Shown one piece after another: positions 8,260 to 18,383 of a stretch of 64,000 nt of DNA. How positions within the stretch are numbered: position 1 is the first letter of the stretch; each line of letters opens with the position of its first letter. Position numbers and translations under genes: made by a program. The stretch lies in assembly GCA_963978095.1 (NCBI GenBank), contig CAXBQP010000008.1, positions 1 through 64,000 on the forward strand, in the 5' to 3' direction. The notes under the pieces were generated by a model, which was not told the origin of the DNA, did not search any database, and worked only from the letters and a program-made list of their open reading frames with translations. The stretch comes from an uncultured bacterium (lineage in GTDB: Bacteria; Gemmatimonadota; Gemmatimonadetes; Gemmatimonadales; Gemmatimonadaceae).

Positions 8260-10128
8260 GTGCCTTTTCGTCCGTCCCGAACCGTTCCGCACGACGCATG
8301 GCTCCTCTCGGTGATCGCGGACGCGCTCACCGCCGCGCAGCGTGCGCAACTCGAAGCCTCACCCGGCACGAGCGTATGGCAGACTGCCGTGTGTCGGGGC
8401 ATGCTCACGGATGCGCAGATCCTCGCACGGCTCGCCGCGCGATTCCACCTGCATCTCGCCGACATGGACGGGGCGACGCCCGCGGCGTGCGCCGAAGTGC
8501 CGGAGGCACTCGCGCGCCGCTACACCGTGCTCCCGCTCTCGTGTTCCGAGCAGGCGGTGTACGTGGCCAGTGCCGATCCGAGAGACCTGGACGCCGAACG
8601 TGCCCTCGCCTTTGCCCTCGGTCGCCCCGTGCGCATGGCGCTCGCGGCTCCCGCGCGCATCCGCGAGCGACTCGACGAGTTCTATCGTCCGGGAGAGGTC
8701 CTCGACACGTTGCTCGCCAACGTGGCGGGAACGTACATGGTCGAGGCGGTCGCCGAATCCACCGACCGGGAGACATCGCTCGAACGCAAGGCGTACCGTT
8801 CGATGGAACGGCCCGTGGTGCAACTGGTGGACCGGATCCTCGCCGAGGCCATTCAGTCGCGCGCATCCGACATCCATCTCGAACCCGAGGAAGCGAACAT
8901 CGTCGTGCGATTCCGTGTCGACGGCGTGCTTCGCAGCAGGATGGTGTTGCCGCGCGCCGCCGGCCTCCCGCTGGTGTCGCGCGTGAAGATCATGGCCCGC
9001 ATGGACATCGCCGACCGCTTGCGGCCCCAGGACGGGCGGGCGCGGGTCTCCGTGAAGGGACACCGCGTCGACCTTCGCATCTCCTCACTTCCCAGCGCGG
9101 CCGGCGAAAAAGTCGTGATCCGGATCCTCGATCAGCGGGGCACGGCGTTGGCGATCGACGCCCTGGGCGTCGTGCCAAGCGAGCACGAGCGGCTGCAACG
9201 ATTGCTCGACGCCCGGGAAGGACTTCTCTTGGTCACCGGCCCAACGGGCTCCGGCAAGACCACCACGCTCTACGCGATGCTCAAAGCGCTGCACGCACGG
9301 GGACTCAACATCATCTCGGTGGAAGATCCGGTGGAGTATCGAGTGCCCGGGATCGTGCAGGTCCAGGTGCATGAGAAGGCGGGACTCACCTTCCCGGCAG
9401 CGCTGCGCTCCATTCTCCGACAGGATCCCGACGTCGTCCTGATCGGTGAGATCCGCGATCGTGAGACCGCCACGATCGCCGTGCAGGCGGCCTTGACGGG
9501 TCACCTCGTGCTCTCGACCCTCCACACCAACGATGCCATCAGTGCCATCCCGCGGTTGCTCGACTTGGGCGTCGAGCGATTCAAACTCGCGGGCGCCCTG
9601 CGGGGCATCGTGGCGCAGCGCTTGCTCCGCCGACTGTGCTCGCGCTGTTCGATCCGCACGGTCGCCTCGGTCCCGCAGTTGGCGGCGCGCTGGTTCCCCG
9701 CGAGTGCCCCACGGGCTGTGGCGGCGGGATGCCCGGCCTGCGGGCAGACCGGCTACCGCGGTCGCCTCTGTGCGTCGGAAGTCGTGGTCGGGAGCCAAGA
9801 GGTGGCATCGGTGATCAGTACCGGGGGGGCGGTCGCGGCGCTCGTCACGGCAGCCGAGGCCGATGGTCTGCGCCCTCTGTGGTTCGCAGCGGTCCACCAT
9901 GCGGTCCACGGCCAGACGACGGTCGAGGAGATCGTTCGGGTGCTCTCGCCGCCGAGCGTCATTTCGTTGCGTGAACAGACCGCACGACGTCCGTCGTCAC
10001 ACGCGGCGATTGTGGTCGGGAGCACCGCTCCCATTCATGACGAAGTGCGCGACGTGCTCGACCGATTCGGCTACCGTTGGCGCGCGGAGCCCCCTACCGC
10101 CACCGGAGAGCCTGTGGCAGACTCTTAA
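8260..10128 (+). CDS. GspE/PulE/PilB-family secretion ATPase
   Basis: ASDIHLEP, PQDGR, Walker A GPTGSGKTT, EDPVE, LRQDPD, TGHLVLSTLHTN, CxxC...CxxC. Confidence 0.9.
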   Translation: MPFRPSRTVPHDAWLLSVIADALTAAQRAQLEASPGTSVWQTAVCRGMLTDAQILARLAARFHLHLADMDGATPAACAEVPEALARRYTVLPLSCSEQAVYVASADPRDLDAERALAFALGRPVRMALAAPARIRERLDEFYRPGEVLDTLLANVAGTYMVEAVAESTDRETSLERKAYRSMERPVVQLVDRILAEAIQSRASDIHLEPEEANIVVRFRVDGVLRSRMVLPRAAGLPLVSRVKIMARMDIADRLRPQDGRARVSVKGHRVDLRISSLPSAAGEKVVIRILDQRGTALAIDALGVVPSEHERLQRLLDAREGLLLVTGPTGSGKTTTLYAMLKALHARGLNIISVEDPVEYRVPGIVQVQVHEKAGLTFPAALRSILRQDPDVVLIGEIRDRETATIAVQAALTGHLVLSTLHTNDAISAIPRLLDLGVERFKLAGALRGIVAQRLLRRLCSRCSIRTVASVPQLAARWFPASAPRAVAAGCPACGQTGYRGRLCASEVVVGSQEVASVISTGGAVAALVTAAEADGLRPLWFAAVHHAVHGQTTVEEIVRVLSPPSVISLREQTARRPSSHAAIVVGSTAPIHDEVRDVLDRFGYRWRAEPPTATGEPVADS

Positions 10129-10176
10129 GACGTTGGCCGGAGTCACCGGCGCGGCGCTCGGCTCATCGGAGAATGC

Positions 10177-10635
10177 ATGACCCAGATCGCGGTCGGTGTC
10201 GTGGACGTGTTCGTCATCCGGATCGTGCGAGGCCGGTGGCGGGTGCTCGTGTTGCGGCGGTCATCCGGGCGCAGTCCGGGGTCCTGGGAGACCGTCCACG
10301 GCAAGATCGAACCCGGTGAAAGCCCCCCGGTCGCGGCGCGACGCGAACTGCGCGAGGAGACCGGACTCTCGGATGACCGGCTCTACAGCATCACCGTCAA
10401 TCCGTTCTACATTCACGCGATGGGCACCGTGCAGCTCGCGGCGGTCTTCGCCGTGTTCGTCGCATCCGATGCCGTGGCGCTGGGCCAGGAACACGACGCC
10501 TACGAGTGGCTGACGCCCGCCGCCGCCCACAAGCGCTTCACTTGGCCCCGGGAGAGCGAAGCGCTGCGCCATATCCAACGGCTGCTGACCGGGGGCGATG
10601 CCGGCGTGGTCGAGGACGTGCTGCGCATCCCGTAG
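10177..10635 (+). CDS. NUDIX hydrolase (NudB-like)
   Basis: Nudix box GKIEPGESPPVAARRELREETGL; EHDAYEW. Confidence 0.85.
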   Translation: MTQIAVGVVDVFVIRIVRGRWRVLVLRRSSGRSPGSWETVHGKIEPGESPPVAARRELREETGLSDDRLYSITVNPFYIHAMGTVQLAAVFAVFVASDAVALGQEHDAYEWLTPAAAHKRFTWPRESEALRHIQRLLTGGDAGVVEDVLRIP

Positions 10636-10652
10636 CCGGTCTGCCTCGTCGG

Positions 10653-12248
10653 CTAGGGCGATACCTCGTGGAAGGTCACCCCCGGCTCGTGGTCGAGCGC
10701 CCAACGCATCCGCCACTCGTTCTCGAAGAGCAACAACGGCTGCCCTTTGGCGTCATACAGGAGCGTACGCCCCGGATCGCGCGTCGCGCGGGCAAGATCC
10801 GCCTCGGATCCGGTGATCCACCGCGGGTAGCGGGAACTGATCTTCTCCAAGCGCGCGGCGACCCCATATTCGTGCGCGAGTCGATGCATCATCACATCGA
10901 ACTGCAGTTGCCCCACCGCGCCGACGATCGGCGTCGGGCTCGTGACATCCGTGCCCGACGTGAAGAAGACCTGCGCAGCACCCTCTTCCGTCAGTTGCCG
11001 GAGGCCGGCGTCGAGCTGCTTGCGCTTCATGGGATCCGACAGGATCACGCGCGCAAAATGCTCCGGAGCGAATCGCGGGATGTTCGCGAATACCACCCCG
11101 GGCTCCATGGCCAGGGAGTCGCCGATCCGCAGTTCGCGGCGGTCCATCACCCCGACGACATCCCCCGGCCAAGCGGACTCGACCGCGGTGCGCTCGCGCG
11201 CCATGAAGGTCTGGGGTGCATTCAAGCGCACCATCTTGCCGGTACGTCCGTGCAAGACCTGCATCCCCGCGTCGAAGCGCCCGGATACCACGCGGACGAA
11301 CGCCACGCGATCCCGATGCTTGGGATCCATGTTGGCCTGAATCTTGAACACGAACCCGGAGAAGGCCTCCTGTGACGGCTCGATCACCCCGGTGGTCGTC
11401 TCGCGCGGGCTCGGGGCAGGAGCGAGTTCCAGAAACTCCCGCAGGAATGGTTCCACCCCGAAGTTGTTCAGCGCGCTCCCGAAGAAGACGGGCGACAGCT
11501 CGCCTGCCTGTACCTCGGCCGCATCAAACGGATGGCCGGCCTCGTCGAGCAGCGCGACATCATGCACGAGACGCTCATGCGTGTCCGCGCCGAGCAGGTC
11601 CCGCAGCTTGGGATCGGTCAATCGGCCGACTTCGACCATCGGCACCCTCGAACCGTGCGACTCGTCGCGCTCGAACAGGTGGATCTGTCCCATCCGCCGG
11701 TCGTACACTCCGACGAATCCCGCCGATCCACCGTCCGAATGGAAAATCGGCCAGGTGATCGGATGGCACTTGATGCCCAGGTCGGCCTCCACATCACTGA
11801 CCAGCGTCAGCGGGTCGGCCCCCGAGCGATCACACTTGTTCACGAAGGTGAAGATCGGGGTGCGCCGTCGCTTGCACACCGCGAACAACTGGCGCGTACG
11901 CTCTTCGACGCCCTTCCGGTTGTCCAGCAGCATGACGGCGCTGTCGGCGGCGACCAAGGTGCGGTACGTATCCTCGGAGAAGTCTTCGTGTCCCGGGGTG
12001 TCCAGCAAGTTGATGACGTAGCCGTCGTACTCGAACTGCATCACGCTCGACGTGACGGAGATGCCGCGCTCCTGCTCCATCGCCATCCAGTCCGACGTGG
12101 CATGTCGGTCCGCGCGGCGGGCCTTCACGGAGCCGGCGAGATGGATGGCGCCCCCGTAGAGCAACAGCTTCTCCGTCAGCGTGGTCTTCCCCGCATCGGG
12201 ATGGCTGATGATCGCGAACGTGCGACGCTGGCGGATGGCCGCCAGCAA
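10653..12248 (-). CDS. prfC: Peptide chain release factor 3
   Basis: RRTFAIISHPDAGKTTLTEKLL, DWMAMEQERGISV, DTPGHEDF, GAVGQLQFDV. Confidence 0.97.
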   Translation of the reverse strand: MLAAIRQRRTFAIISHPDAGKTTLTEKLLLYGGAIHLAGSVKARRADRHATSDWMAMEQERGISVTSSVMQFEYDGYVINLLDTPGHEDFSEDTYRTLVAADSAVMLLDNRKGVEERTRQLFAVCKRRRTPIFTFVNKCDRSGADPLTLVSDVEADLGIKCHPITWPIFHSDGGSAGFVGVYDRRMGQIHLFERDESHGSRVPMVEVGRLTDPKLRDLLGADTHERLVHDVALLDEAGHPFDAAEVQAGELSPVFFGSALNNFGVEPFLREFLELAPAPSPRETTTGVIEPSQEAFSGFVFKIQANMDPKHRDRVAFVRVVSGRFDAGMQVLHGRTGKMVRLNAPQTFMARERTAVESAWPGDVVGVMDRRELRIGDSLAMEPGVVFANIPRFAPEHFARVILSDPMKRKQLDAGLRQLTEEGAAQVFFTSGTDVTSPTPIVGAVGQLQFDVMMHRLAHEYGVAARLEKISSRYPRWITGSEADLARATRDPGRTLLYDAKGQPLLLFENEWRMRWALDHEPGVTFHEVSP

Positions 12249-12262
12249 CTGGTCGTGGGCGC

Positions 12263-12970
12263 TCAGCGGACCTCGCGCTCCCCACGCGCGACGTGGGGTC
12301 CGGCGTTGTCGGCGCCCGCCTCCTCCGGCGTGACTGCCGCGGTCTGTGCCAGCAACGCCACCAGCGCCTCGGCGAGTTCGTCGCGCCCCTCGCCGGTCGT
12401 CGCGCTGAACCCGATCATCTGCTCCTCGTCCAGTCGGAGGGCGATCGCGAGGGCGCGCATCCGCTCTTTCACCGTGCGGGCTCCCAACTTGTCGATCTTG
12501 GTCGCGACCACGATCGTCGGCGTGCCCGTGTCCGCCAGCAACTCGAACATGGCGTGATCCTCAGCGGTCGGGTCATGTCGCACGTCGAGCAGCTGCACGA
12601 TGCCGCGCAACGTCGGACTGCGCCGCAGGAAGTTGCTGATCAGCGGCCGCCACTCGGCGCGACGCTCCTTGGAGATCTTGGCGTAGCCGTAACCCGGCAG
12701 ATCGACCAGCACGAACTGATGGTTCACCCGGAAGAAGTTCAGCTCGCGCGTACGCCCCGGGGTGTTGGACACCCGGGCGAACGCCTTGCGCTTCACGAGC
12801 CGGTTCAGCAATGAGGACTTCCCCACGTTGGAGCGGCCCGCGAAGGCGATTTCGGGAAGCTCGTGCTGCGGACGCCACCCGTCCACGGTGGCCATTCCCC
12901 CGATGAACTCGAGGTCCCGGATCACCAATGGGTCGGGGGTGGGGCGATGGGGGGCGGTCTGGTCAGTCAT
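12263..12970 (-). CDS. yihA: Ribosome biogenesis GTPase YihA/YsxC
   Basis: GRSNVGKSSL, SNTPGRT, DLPGYGYA, TKIDK. Confidence 0.95.
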   Translation of the reverse strand: MTDQTAPHRPTPDPLVIRDLEFIGGMATVDGWRPQHELPEIAFAGRSNVGKSSLLNRLVKRKAFARVSNTPGRTRELNFFRVNHQFVLVDLPGYGYAKISKERRAEWRPLISNFLRRSPTLRGIVQLLDVRHDPTAEDHAMFELLADTGTPTIVVATKIDKLGARTVKERMRALAIALRLDEEQMIGFSATTGEGRDELAEALVALLAQTAAVTPEEAGADNAGPHVARGEREVR

Positions 12971-12975
12971 CCGAT

Positions 12976-13009
12976 AAAAGATAACGGCGGGGGAGCCTCC
13001 CCCGCCGTT
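12976..13009 (-). terminator. Intrinsic terminator after clpX
   Basis: 12-bp GC stem AACGGCGGGGGA/TCCCCCGCCGTT followed on the minus strand by ATCTTTT. Confidence 0.7.
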
Positions 13010-13040
13010 TGTCCGGCTGATCGCGATGCAGCGGTGCGAA

Positions 13041-14300
13041 TCAGGCTTCCTTCTTCCGGCGCTTCGCGCTGATCTCCAGGAGCGGCGCGGCCCCGTTCGA
13101 CACGCAGGCCTCGGTCACCCGCACCCCGGTGACGTCATCACGACCCGGCAGGTCGAACATCGTCTCCAAGAGGATCTCCTCCAGGATCGCGCGCAGTCCG
13201 CGCGCTCCGGTGCCGCGCTCGATCGCCTTGCGGGCGATCGCCTTCAGCGCCGATTCCTCGAAGGTGATGTTCACGTCCTCGAGCTCGAACAGCTTGCTGT
13301 ACTGCTTGGTCAGCGCGTTCTTGGGTTCCTTGAGGATCTGCACCAGCGCGTCCTCGTCGAGCGCCTGCAGCGGCACCGTCACGGGGAGACGCCCCACGAG
13401 CTCGGGAATGATCCCGTAGCGGAGCAGATCGTCCGGCTCGACGTCCCCGAAAATGTTGACGCCGACCGCTTCCGTGGCACCCGCGTCCGACCCCTTGCCG
13501 AACCCGATCTGCCGGCGGCCCTTCCGCGCCTCGATGATCTTTTCGAGCCCGTCGAAGGCGCCGCCGCAGATGAAGAGGATGTCCTTCGTGTTGATCTGGA
13601 TGTACTCCTGCTGCGGATGCTTGCGCCCGCCCTGCGGTGGCACGCTCGCGACCGTCCCTTCGAGGATCTTGAGCAGCGCCTGCTGCACCCCTTCGCCGCT
13701 GACGTCGCGGGTGATGCTCGGGTTCTCGCTCTTGCGGGCGATCTTGTCGATCTCGTCGATGTAGACGATCCCTCGCTCACACTCGGCGACATTGAAGTCA
13801 CCAGCCTGCAGCAGCCGGACGAGGATGTTCTCGACGTCCTCGCCCACGTAGCCCGCTTCGGTCAACGTCGTGGCGTCGGCGATGGTGAATGGGACGTCCA
13901 GGATGCGCGCCAACGTCTGGGCCAACAACGTCTTCCCGACACCGGTCGGTCCCAGCAGCAGGATGTTCGACTTGTCGAGCTCCACGTCATTCTCACGACG
14001 AGCGGAGGCCGAGTTGATGCGCTTGTAGTGATTGTACACCGCCACCGCGAGCGCCTTCTTCGCTCCGTCCTGCCCGATCACGTACTGGTCCAGGACGTCC
14101 TTGATCTCCTGAGGCGCCGGAACCGACGTGACAGACTCCGAGACCTCGCGGTCCTCGTCCTCGGCGAGAATCTCGTTGCACAACGCGATGCACTCGTTGC
14201 AGATGTAGACCGAGGGGCCGGAGATGAACTTCCTCACGGAATCCTTGGACTTTCCGCAGAACGAGCACCGGAGGTGCCGGTCGTGGGACATCGTCGTCAT
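13041..14300 (-). CDS. clpX: ATP-dependent Clp protease ATP-binding subunit
   Basis: CSFCGK...ICNEC zinc finger, [19 protein letters not shown] and IGF loops. Confidence 0.98.
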   Translation of the reverse strand: MTTMSHDRHLRCSFCGKSKDSVRKFISGPSVYICNECIALCNEILAEDEDREVSESVTSVPAPQEIKDVLDQYVIGQDGAKKALAVAVYNHYKRINSASARRENDVELDKSNILLLGPTGVGKTLLAQTLARILDVPFTIADATTLTEAGYVGEDVENILVRLLQAGDFNVAECERGIVYIDEIDKIARKSENPSITRDVSGEGVQQALLKILEGTVASVPPQGGRKHPQQEYIQINTKDILFICGGAFDGLEKIIEARKGRRQIGFGKGSDAGATEAVGVNIFGDVEPDDLLRYGIIPELVGRLPVTVPLQALDEDALVQILKEPKNALTKQYSKLFELEDVNITFEESALKAIARKAIERGTGARGLRAILEEILLETMFDLPGRDDVTGVRVTEACVSNGAAPLLEISAKRRKKEA

Positions 14301-14462
14301 GAGTCGCGGTCGAGCCTCGGCGAGCGGTGAACCTTCGAACAGGGGTCTCCCAACAAACCGTACTTAGAGACTCCCCCACGTACGACAGGTAACATTACCC
14401 CCAGTGGGGCCCCGCGAACAGTCCGCGAGCGGTGCACACCCTCACAACCCTGTCACCCACGC

Positions 14463-15089
14463 TTATTTCGTCGCGGTCAACGTGGCTGCCGCGGCGGCCT
14501 CTTCCTTCTTCGTGATCACATGGTCGATGATGCCGTACGTCTTGGCTTCTTCGGCCGACATGAAGAAATCCCGCTCCATGTCCCGCTCGATCTGCTCCAG
14601 CGGACGCCCCGTATGCTTGGCGTACAGCCCGTTCATGGTCGCGCGGAGATACAGGATCTCCTTCGCCTGGATCTCGATGTCCGCCGCCGTCCCCTGCGCG
14701 CCGCCCGACGGCTGGTGGATCATGATCCGCGAGTGCGGAAGCGCCGACCGCTTGCCGGTCGAGCCCGCGCACAGCAGGAATGAGCCCATCGAGGCGGCCA
14801 TCCCCATGCAGATCGTGTTCACCGGCGACTTCAGGAACTGCATGGTGTCGTAGATCGCCATCCCGGCCGACACCACGCCACCCGGCGAGTTGATGTACAG
14901 ATGAATGTCCTTGCCAGGATTATCGGCTTCCAGGAACAAAAGTTGCGCGATGATCATGTTGGCCACGTCGTCGTTGATCGACGTGCCCAGGAAGATGATC
15001 CGGTCCATCAGCAGGCGCGAGTACACATCGTAGCTGCGCTCGCCGCGGCTGGACCGCTCAATCACATACGGATTCGGAATGATCGGCAT
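14463..15089 (-). CDS. clpP: Clp protease proteolytic subunit
   Basis: [25 protein letters not shown]. Confidence 0.98.
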   Translation of the reverse strand: MPIIPNPYVIERSSRGERSYDVYSRLLMDRIIFLGTSINDDVANMIIAQLLFLEADNPGKDIHLYINSPGGVVSAGMAIYDTMQFLKSPVNTICMGMAASMGSFLLCAGSTGKRSALPHSRIMIHQPSGGAQGTAADIEIQAKEILYLRATMNGLYAKHTGRPLEQIERDMERDFFMSAEEAKTYGIIDHVITKKEEAAAAATLTATK

Positions 15090-15182
15090 ATCGTCGTCTC
15101 TGAAGGTCGGTGTCTGGTTCCCGGATCGCCCCCGGGGGAGCGCGCCGTACGTCCGTGCAACAGTATTCCCCGTACCGGGGGA

Positions 15183-16427
15183 CTACGCCTGCTCGACCGT
15201 GTTTCTGGACAAGAGCCAGCCGAACACCCGGTCTTCCGTGATCCCGCGCTCGATCTCGCGGAGTCGCCCCGCCTTCTGCAACGCCGCGTACACTTGCCCG
15301 ACATCCGCACCGCGCGCGGTGGCCATCTCCGCCACCTTCTCGTCCACGTCGGATTCAGACGCCGTCAGGTTCTCCTTCGTCGCGATCGTCTCGATCACCA
15401 GATCGCGTCGGACCTGGCGCTCCGCCATCGTCCGGAACTCCGCGCCGAACTTCTCCGCCTCGGACGCCGGAATCTGGTAGGCCTCCGCATATGCGCCCAT
15501 GAGTTGGCGGACCCACGTCGGTGGCACGTCGAACGGATTCGCTTCGATCAGCTTCTCCACCAGCGCGGACCGTACCGCGGCGTCCGACTCACGCGTGGCG
15601 TTCGACGAGATGTCCTCGCGCACGGCCGCCGTGAGGGCGTCCACCGAATCGAAATCACCGAGTTCGCGCGCCAACGCGTCGTCCAGCGCGGGCAACGACT
15701 TGCGCTTCACGTCCTTCAGCTCCACGCGCACGGTCTTCGTCTTGCCCCGCTGCGCCTCGTCCGGGAAGTCGTCGGGCCACTTCACCGAGCGCTCCACGGT
15801 CGTTCCCGGCGTCAGCTCCATGATGACTTCCTCGATCGCCGGAATGGCCTGACCGGAGCCGAGCACGATCCGGTACTCCTTGCCGTCGGGGATCGTGCCG
15901 CTGTCATCGGCCACGGCGAGCATCACCGAAGTCATGTCGCCCTCATTCGGCTTCCCCTCGACCGGCGACCAAGCGGCCCGCTGCTCACGCAGTTGCTCGA
16001 GCTGCTCGTTCACCATCGCGTCGGTCACGGTCGGGTTGGCGCGGGTCACGGTGAATCCCTCGACCACCGCGAGCTCGATGACCGGCTTCACTTCGCAGTG
16101 CAACTCGAAGGTGAGGTCCTCGCCATCCACGAACTTCACATCGTGCGCGTGCGGCTGGGTCACCGGCTCGAGCTTTTCCGTCTCGATCACCAGCGTGTAC
16201 GCTTCGCGCATCAAGCCGTCGAGCGCCTCTTGTTCGATTTCCTTGCTGAAGCGCTTCTTGACCACGGCGACGGGCGCCTTGCCCGGACGGAAGCCGGCGA
16301 GCCGGACCTGCTTGGCCACACGCGTGACGGCCTTTTCCTTTGCCGCGGCGACGCGGGCGGCGGTCACCGAAATGCCGAGGCGCCGTTCCGCGCCATCAGA
16401 CTTCCGGGAAGTGACTTGAATATCCAT
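15183..16427 (-). CDS. tig: Trigger factor
   Basis: GFRPGKAP ribosome-binding motif, FKBP-like middle domain, position upstream of clpP. Confidence 0.95.
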   Translation of the reverse strand: MDIQVTSRKSDGAERRLGISVTAARVAAAKEKAVTRVAKQVRLAGFRPGKAPVAVVKKRFSKEIEQEALDGLMREAYTLVIETEKLEPVTQPHAHDVKFVDGEDLTFELHCEVKPVIELAVVEGFTVTRANPTVTDAMVNEQLEQLREQRAAWSPVEGKPNEGDMTSVMLAVADDSGTIPDGKEYRIVLGSGQAIPAIEEVIMELTPGTTVERSVKWPDDFPDEAQRGKTKTVRVELKDVKRKSLPALDDALARELGDFDSVDALTAAVREDISSNATRESDAAVRSALVEKLIEANPFDVPPTWVRQLMGAYAEAYQIPASEAEKFGAEFRTMAERQVRRDLVIETIATKENLTASESDVDEKVAEMATARGADVGQVYAALQKAGRLREIERGITEDRVFGWLLSRNTVEQA

Positions 16428-16533
16428 GACGTCTAAATGGGTAAGAACCCCGTCGCCGGGAGTCCCGCGACGGGGTCGTGGAGCGGCACGACTATATCGG
16501 TAAATCTAACCCCGGAACCAGTCCGGTAGGGGG

Positions 16534-17421
16534 CTACCCGACGAACGCCGCTTCGTCAGTGGAATCGCCCCCGGGATTGGCCCGTGCTCGGGCCCGAAGC
16601 GAGAGCAGCAACGGGATGCCCATGGCCACGATGCCGCCGGCCCAAGCCCATGTGAATCCATGCGTTACGCAGATCGTGGTGGCCATCACGCCGTTGACAG
16701 CGTACATCACCAGGGGGAATGGGCTCGCCGTGAGGTGGCGGGCAATCTCCGATGGCTTCACGAAATGCAGCATCACGCGTGCGACCACCGTCCCGGTGCC
16801 GATCCATCCGATCCAGTTGGTCAGGGGCATCCCGTAAAAGAACCCGGGCTCGTGCCAATACCAATGCGCCGTGACGACCATCGCCGGATCCATCGGCACG
16901 TCCCACGCCGTGAGGATGATCCCACCGAGCAGCGCCCAGCGCCACCGGCCGGACGAGGAGTCGTCCGCCGTGGCCAAGCGCGCGACCATCGCCAGACTGC
17001 AGTACAGCATGAACGTCCACGAAATCGGAATCGGGAAGGGAACAAGCTCCGCGATCCGGTACCCCAACAGGTTGGTGTACGAGTAGCCCCCGAAGGGATA
17101 GCCCGTACTGGTGCCCAGCAGTTCCGCCGACAGCGACACGAGCGAGGCGTACAGGAACATCCTGATCGCACGCGATCGGCCGAACCGGGGGATCGCGTGC
17201 AAGAGTGCGGCCAAGAACCCGAGGCACACCACGGAGGGGCCACTCACCTTCCAGCCGATCTCGTAGATGGTCTTGTTGGGCTCCTGTTGCATCCAGGCGG
17301 GTGGCGGGCCGGACAAGATCGTGGCGAAGGCCATCGACGCGAAGATCGTGGCCATCACATGCACCAGCAGGAGAATCCAGGCGGTGCGGTCGGTCTTGGA
17401 CAGCGAGGCGGGGCGGGTCAC
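16534..17421 (-). CDS. cruF: Carotenoid biosynthesis membrane protein, CruF (1,2-hydratase) family
   Basis: ELLGTSTGYPFGGYSY, WDVPMDP, GMPLTNWIGW; GTG start overlaps the crtB stop. Confidence 0.75.
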   Translation of the reverse strand: MTRPASLSKTDRTAWILLLVHVMATIFASMAFATILSGPPPAWMQQEPNKTIYEIGWKVSGPSVVCLGFLAALLHAIPRFGRSRAIRMFLYASLVSLSAELLGTSTGYPFGGYSYTNLLGYRIAELVPFPIPISWTFMLYCSLAMVARLATADDSSSGRWRWALLGGIILTAWDVPMDPAMVVTAHWYWHEPGFFYGMPLTNWIGWIGTGTVVARVMLHFVKPSEIARHLTASPFPLVMYAVNGVMATTICVTHGFTWAWAGGIVAMGIPLLLSLRARARANPGGDSTDEAAFVG

Positions 17422-18383
17422 GAGGCCATTTCCTCTGCGCGCGAGATGGTCTGGCCCTGCCACCGGATGATCGGCTCCAGAGGGACGGTGCCGTTCGGCA
17501 GCGCGGTGCCGTTGCGCCAAATGCTCCACATCAGGCGCCCGCGGGCCCAGGTACCGACGCGCGCACGGGTGGTGAAGGAGTCGTAGTCGATGGACTCGAT
17601 GGCGCTCAGGATCTCGGCGTAGCCGTCGGCGCACGCCCGCGCGCACCGCTGGGCGTCGGGTTCGAGCAGCGAGAGCCCCGGGGCGGCGGCGTCGTACAAG
17701 GCGCGCGCGCGGGCGATCTCGTGCCTCATGAAGGCCTTCCACCGGTCCTGCCGGCCGAGCGCACGGTTGTGCAGCACTTCCTCGGTGCTGATCCCGAAGG
17801 CGGCGAGCGATGCCGCCGGGAGGTAACAGCGTCCGCGCATGGCATCCTCGCCAACGTCACGCAGGATGTTGGTGTGCTGCAGCGCCACGCCCAGCGTGCG
17901 GGCGAACCGCAACGCCCGCTGCCGCGCCTCTTCATGTCCCGTGACCCCGAACACATAGGTGCACATCTCGCCGACCGAGCTCGCCACCCCCTCGCAGTAC
18001 GACGTGAGCTCTGCCCACGTGGCGTAGTGCGCGGGCGCGAGGTCCACGGCCACCCCGCCCATCAACTCGAGCAATGCCGAGGCCGGCACGCCGAACTGCT
18101 TGATGGTCCACGAGAGCTCCCGATACACCGGACCCTCCGGGCGCCCCTCGAGCGCGGCGTGCAACCCCGACATGTAGCCCGCCAGCTCCCGACGCAACGT
18201 TTCGCGATCACCGGTCGCCCCGCGGTCCACGATGTCGTCCGCGATCCGGCAGAACGCGTACACGGCGAACGCGCCGCGCCGCTTGTGCGGCGGCAGGAAA
18301 CGGCTCGCCACCGCGAACGTCCGCGCATGGAGGCGCGTGATGGCCTCGCAGTGGCGCGCATCGTTCATCGCGGGATAAATCAC
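17418..18383 (-). CDS. crtB: Phytoene synthase
   Basis: YAFCRIADDIVD, VASSVG, LQHTNILRDVGED, GRCYLP. Confidence 0.93.
   Translation of the reverse strand: MIYPAMNDARHCEAITRLHARTFAVASRFLPPHKRRGAFAVYAFCRIADDIVDRGATGDRETLRRELAGYMSGLHAALEGRPEGPVYRELSWTIKQFGVPASALLELMGGVAVDLAPAHYATWAELTSYCEGVASSVGEMCTYVFGVTGHEEARQRALRFARTLGVALQHTNILRDVGEDAMRGRCYLPAASLAAFGISTEEVLHNRALGRQDRWKAFMRHEIARARALYDAAAPGLSLLEPDAQRCARACADGYAEILSAIESIDYDSFTTRARVGTWARGRLMWSIWRNGTALPNGTVPLEPIIRWQGQTISRAEEMAS

Noticed and set aside
2414..8299. Long shadow ORFs (2414-4537 +, 4540-6030 +, 5864-8299 -) and similar ones at 25680-27518, 30517-32685, 49589-51763 and 57330-59933
   Set aside because: Antisense to well-supported genes; stop-codon scarcity at high GC; no recognisable family motifs
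14301..14400. Possible structured clpX leader (GTCTC/GAGAC stem)
   Set aside because: Short stem in GC-rich DNA with no recognisable riboswitch or thermometer features
15156..15171. GG-N10-GC (TTGCA) upstream of clpP
   Set aside because: The -24 half (GGGGAA) is a poor match and lies in a GC hairpin; could be chance
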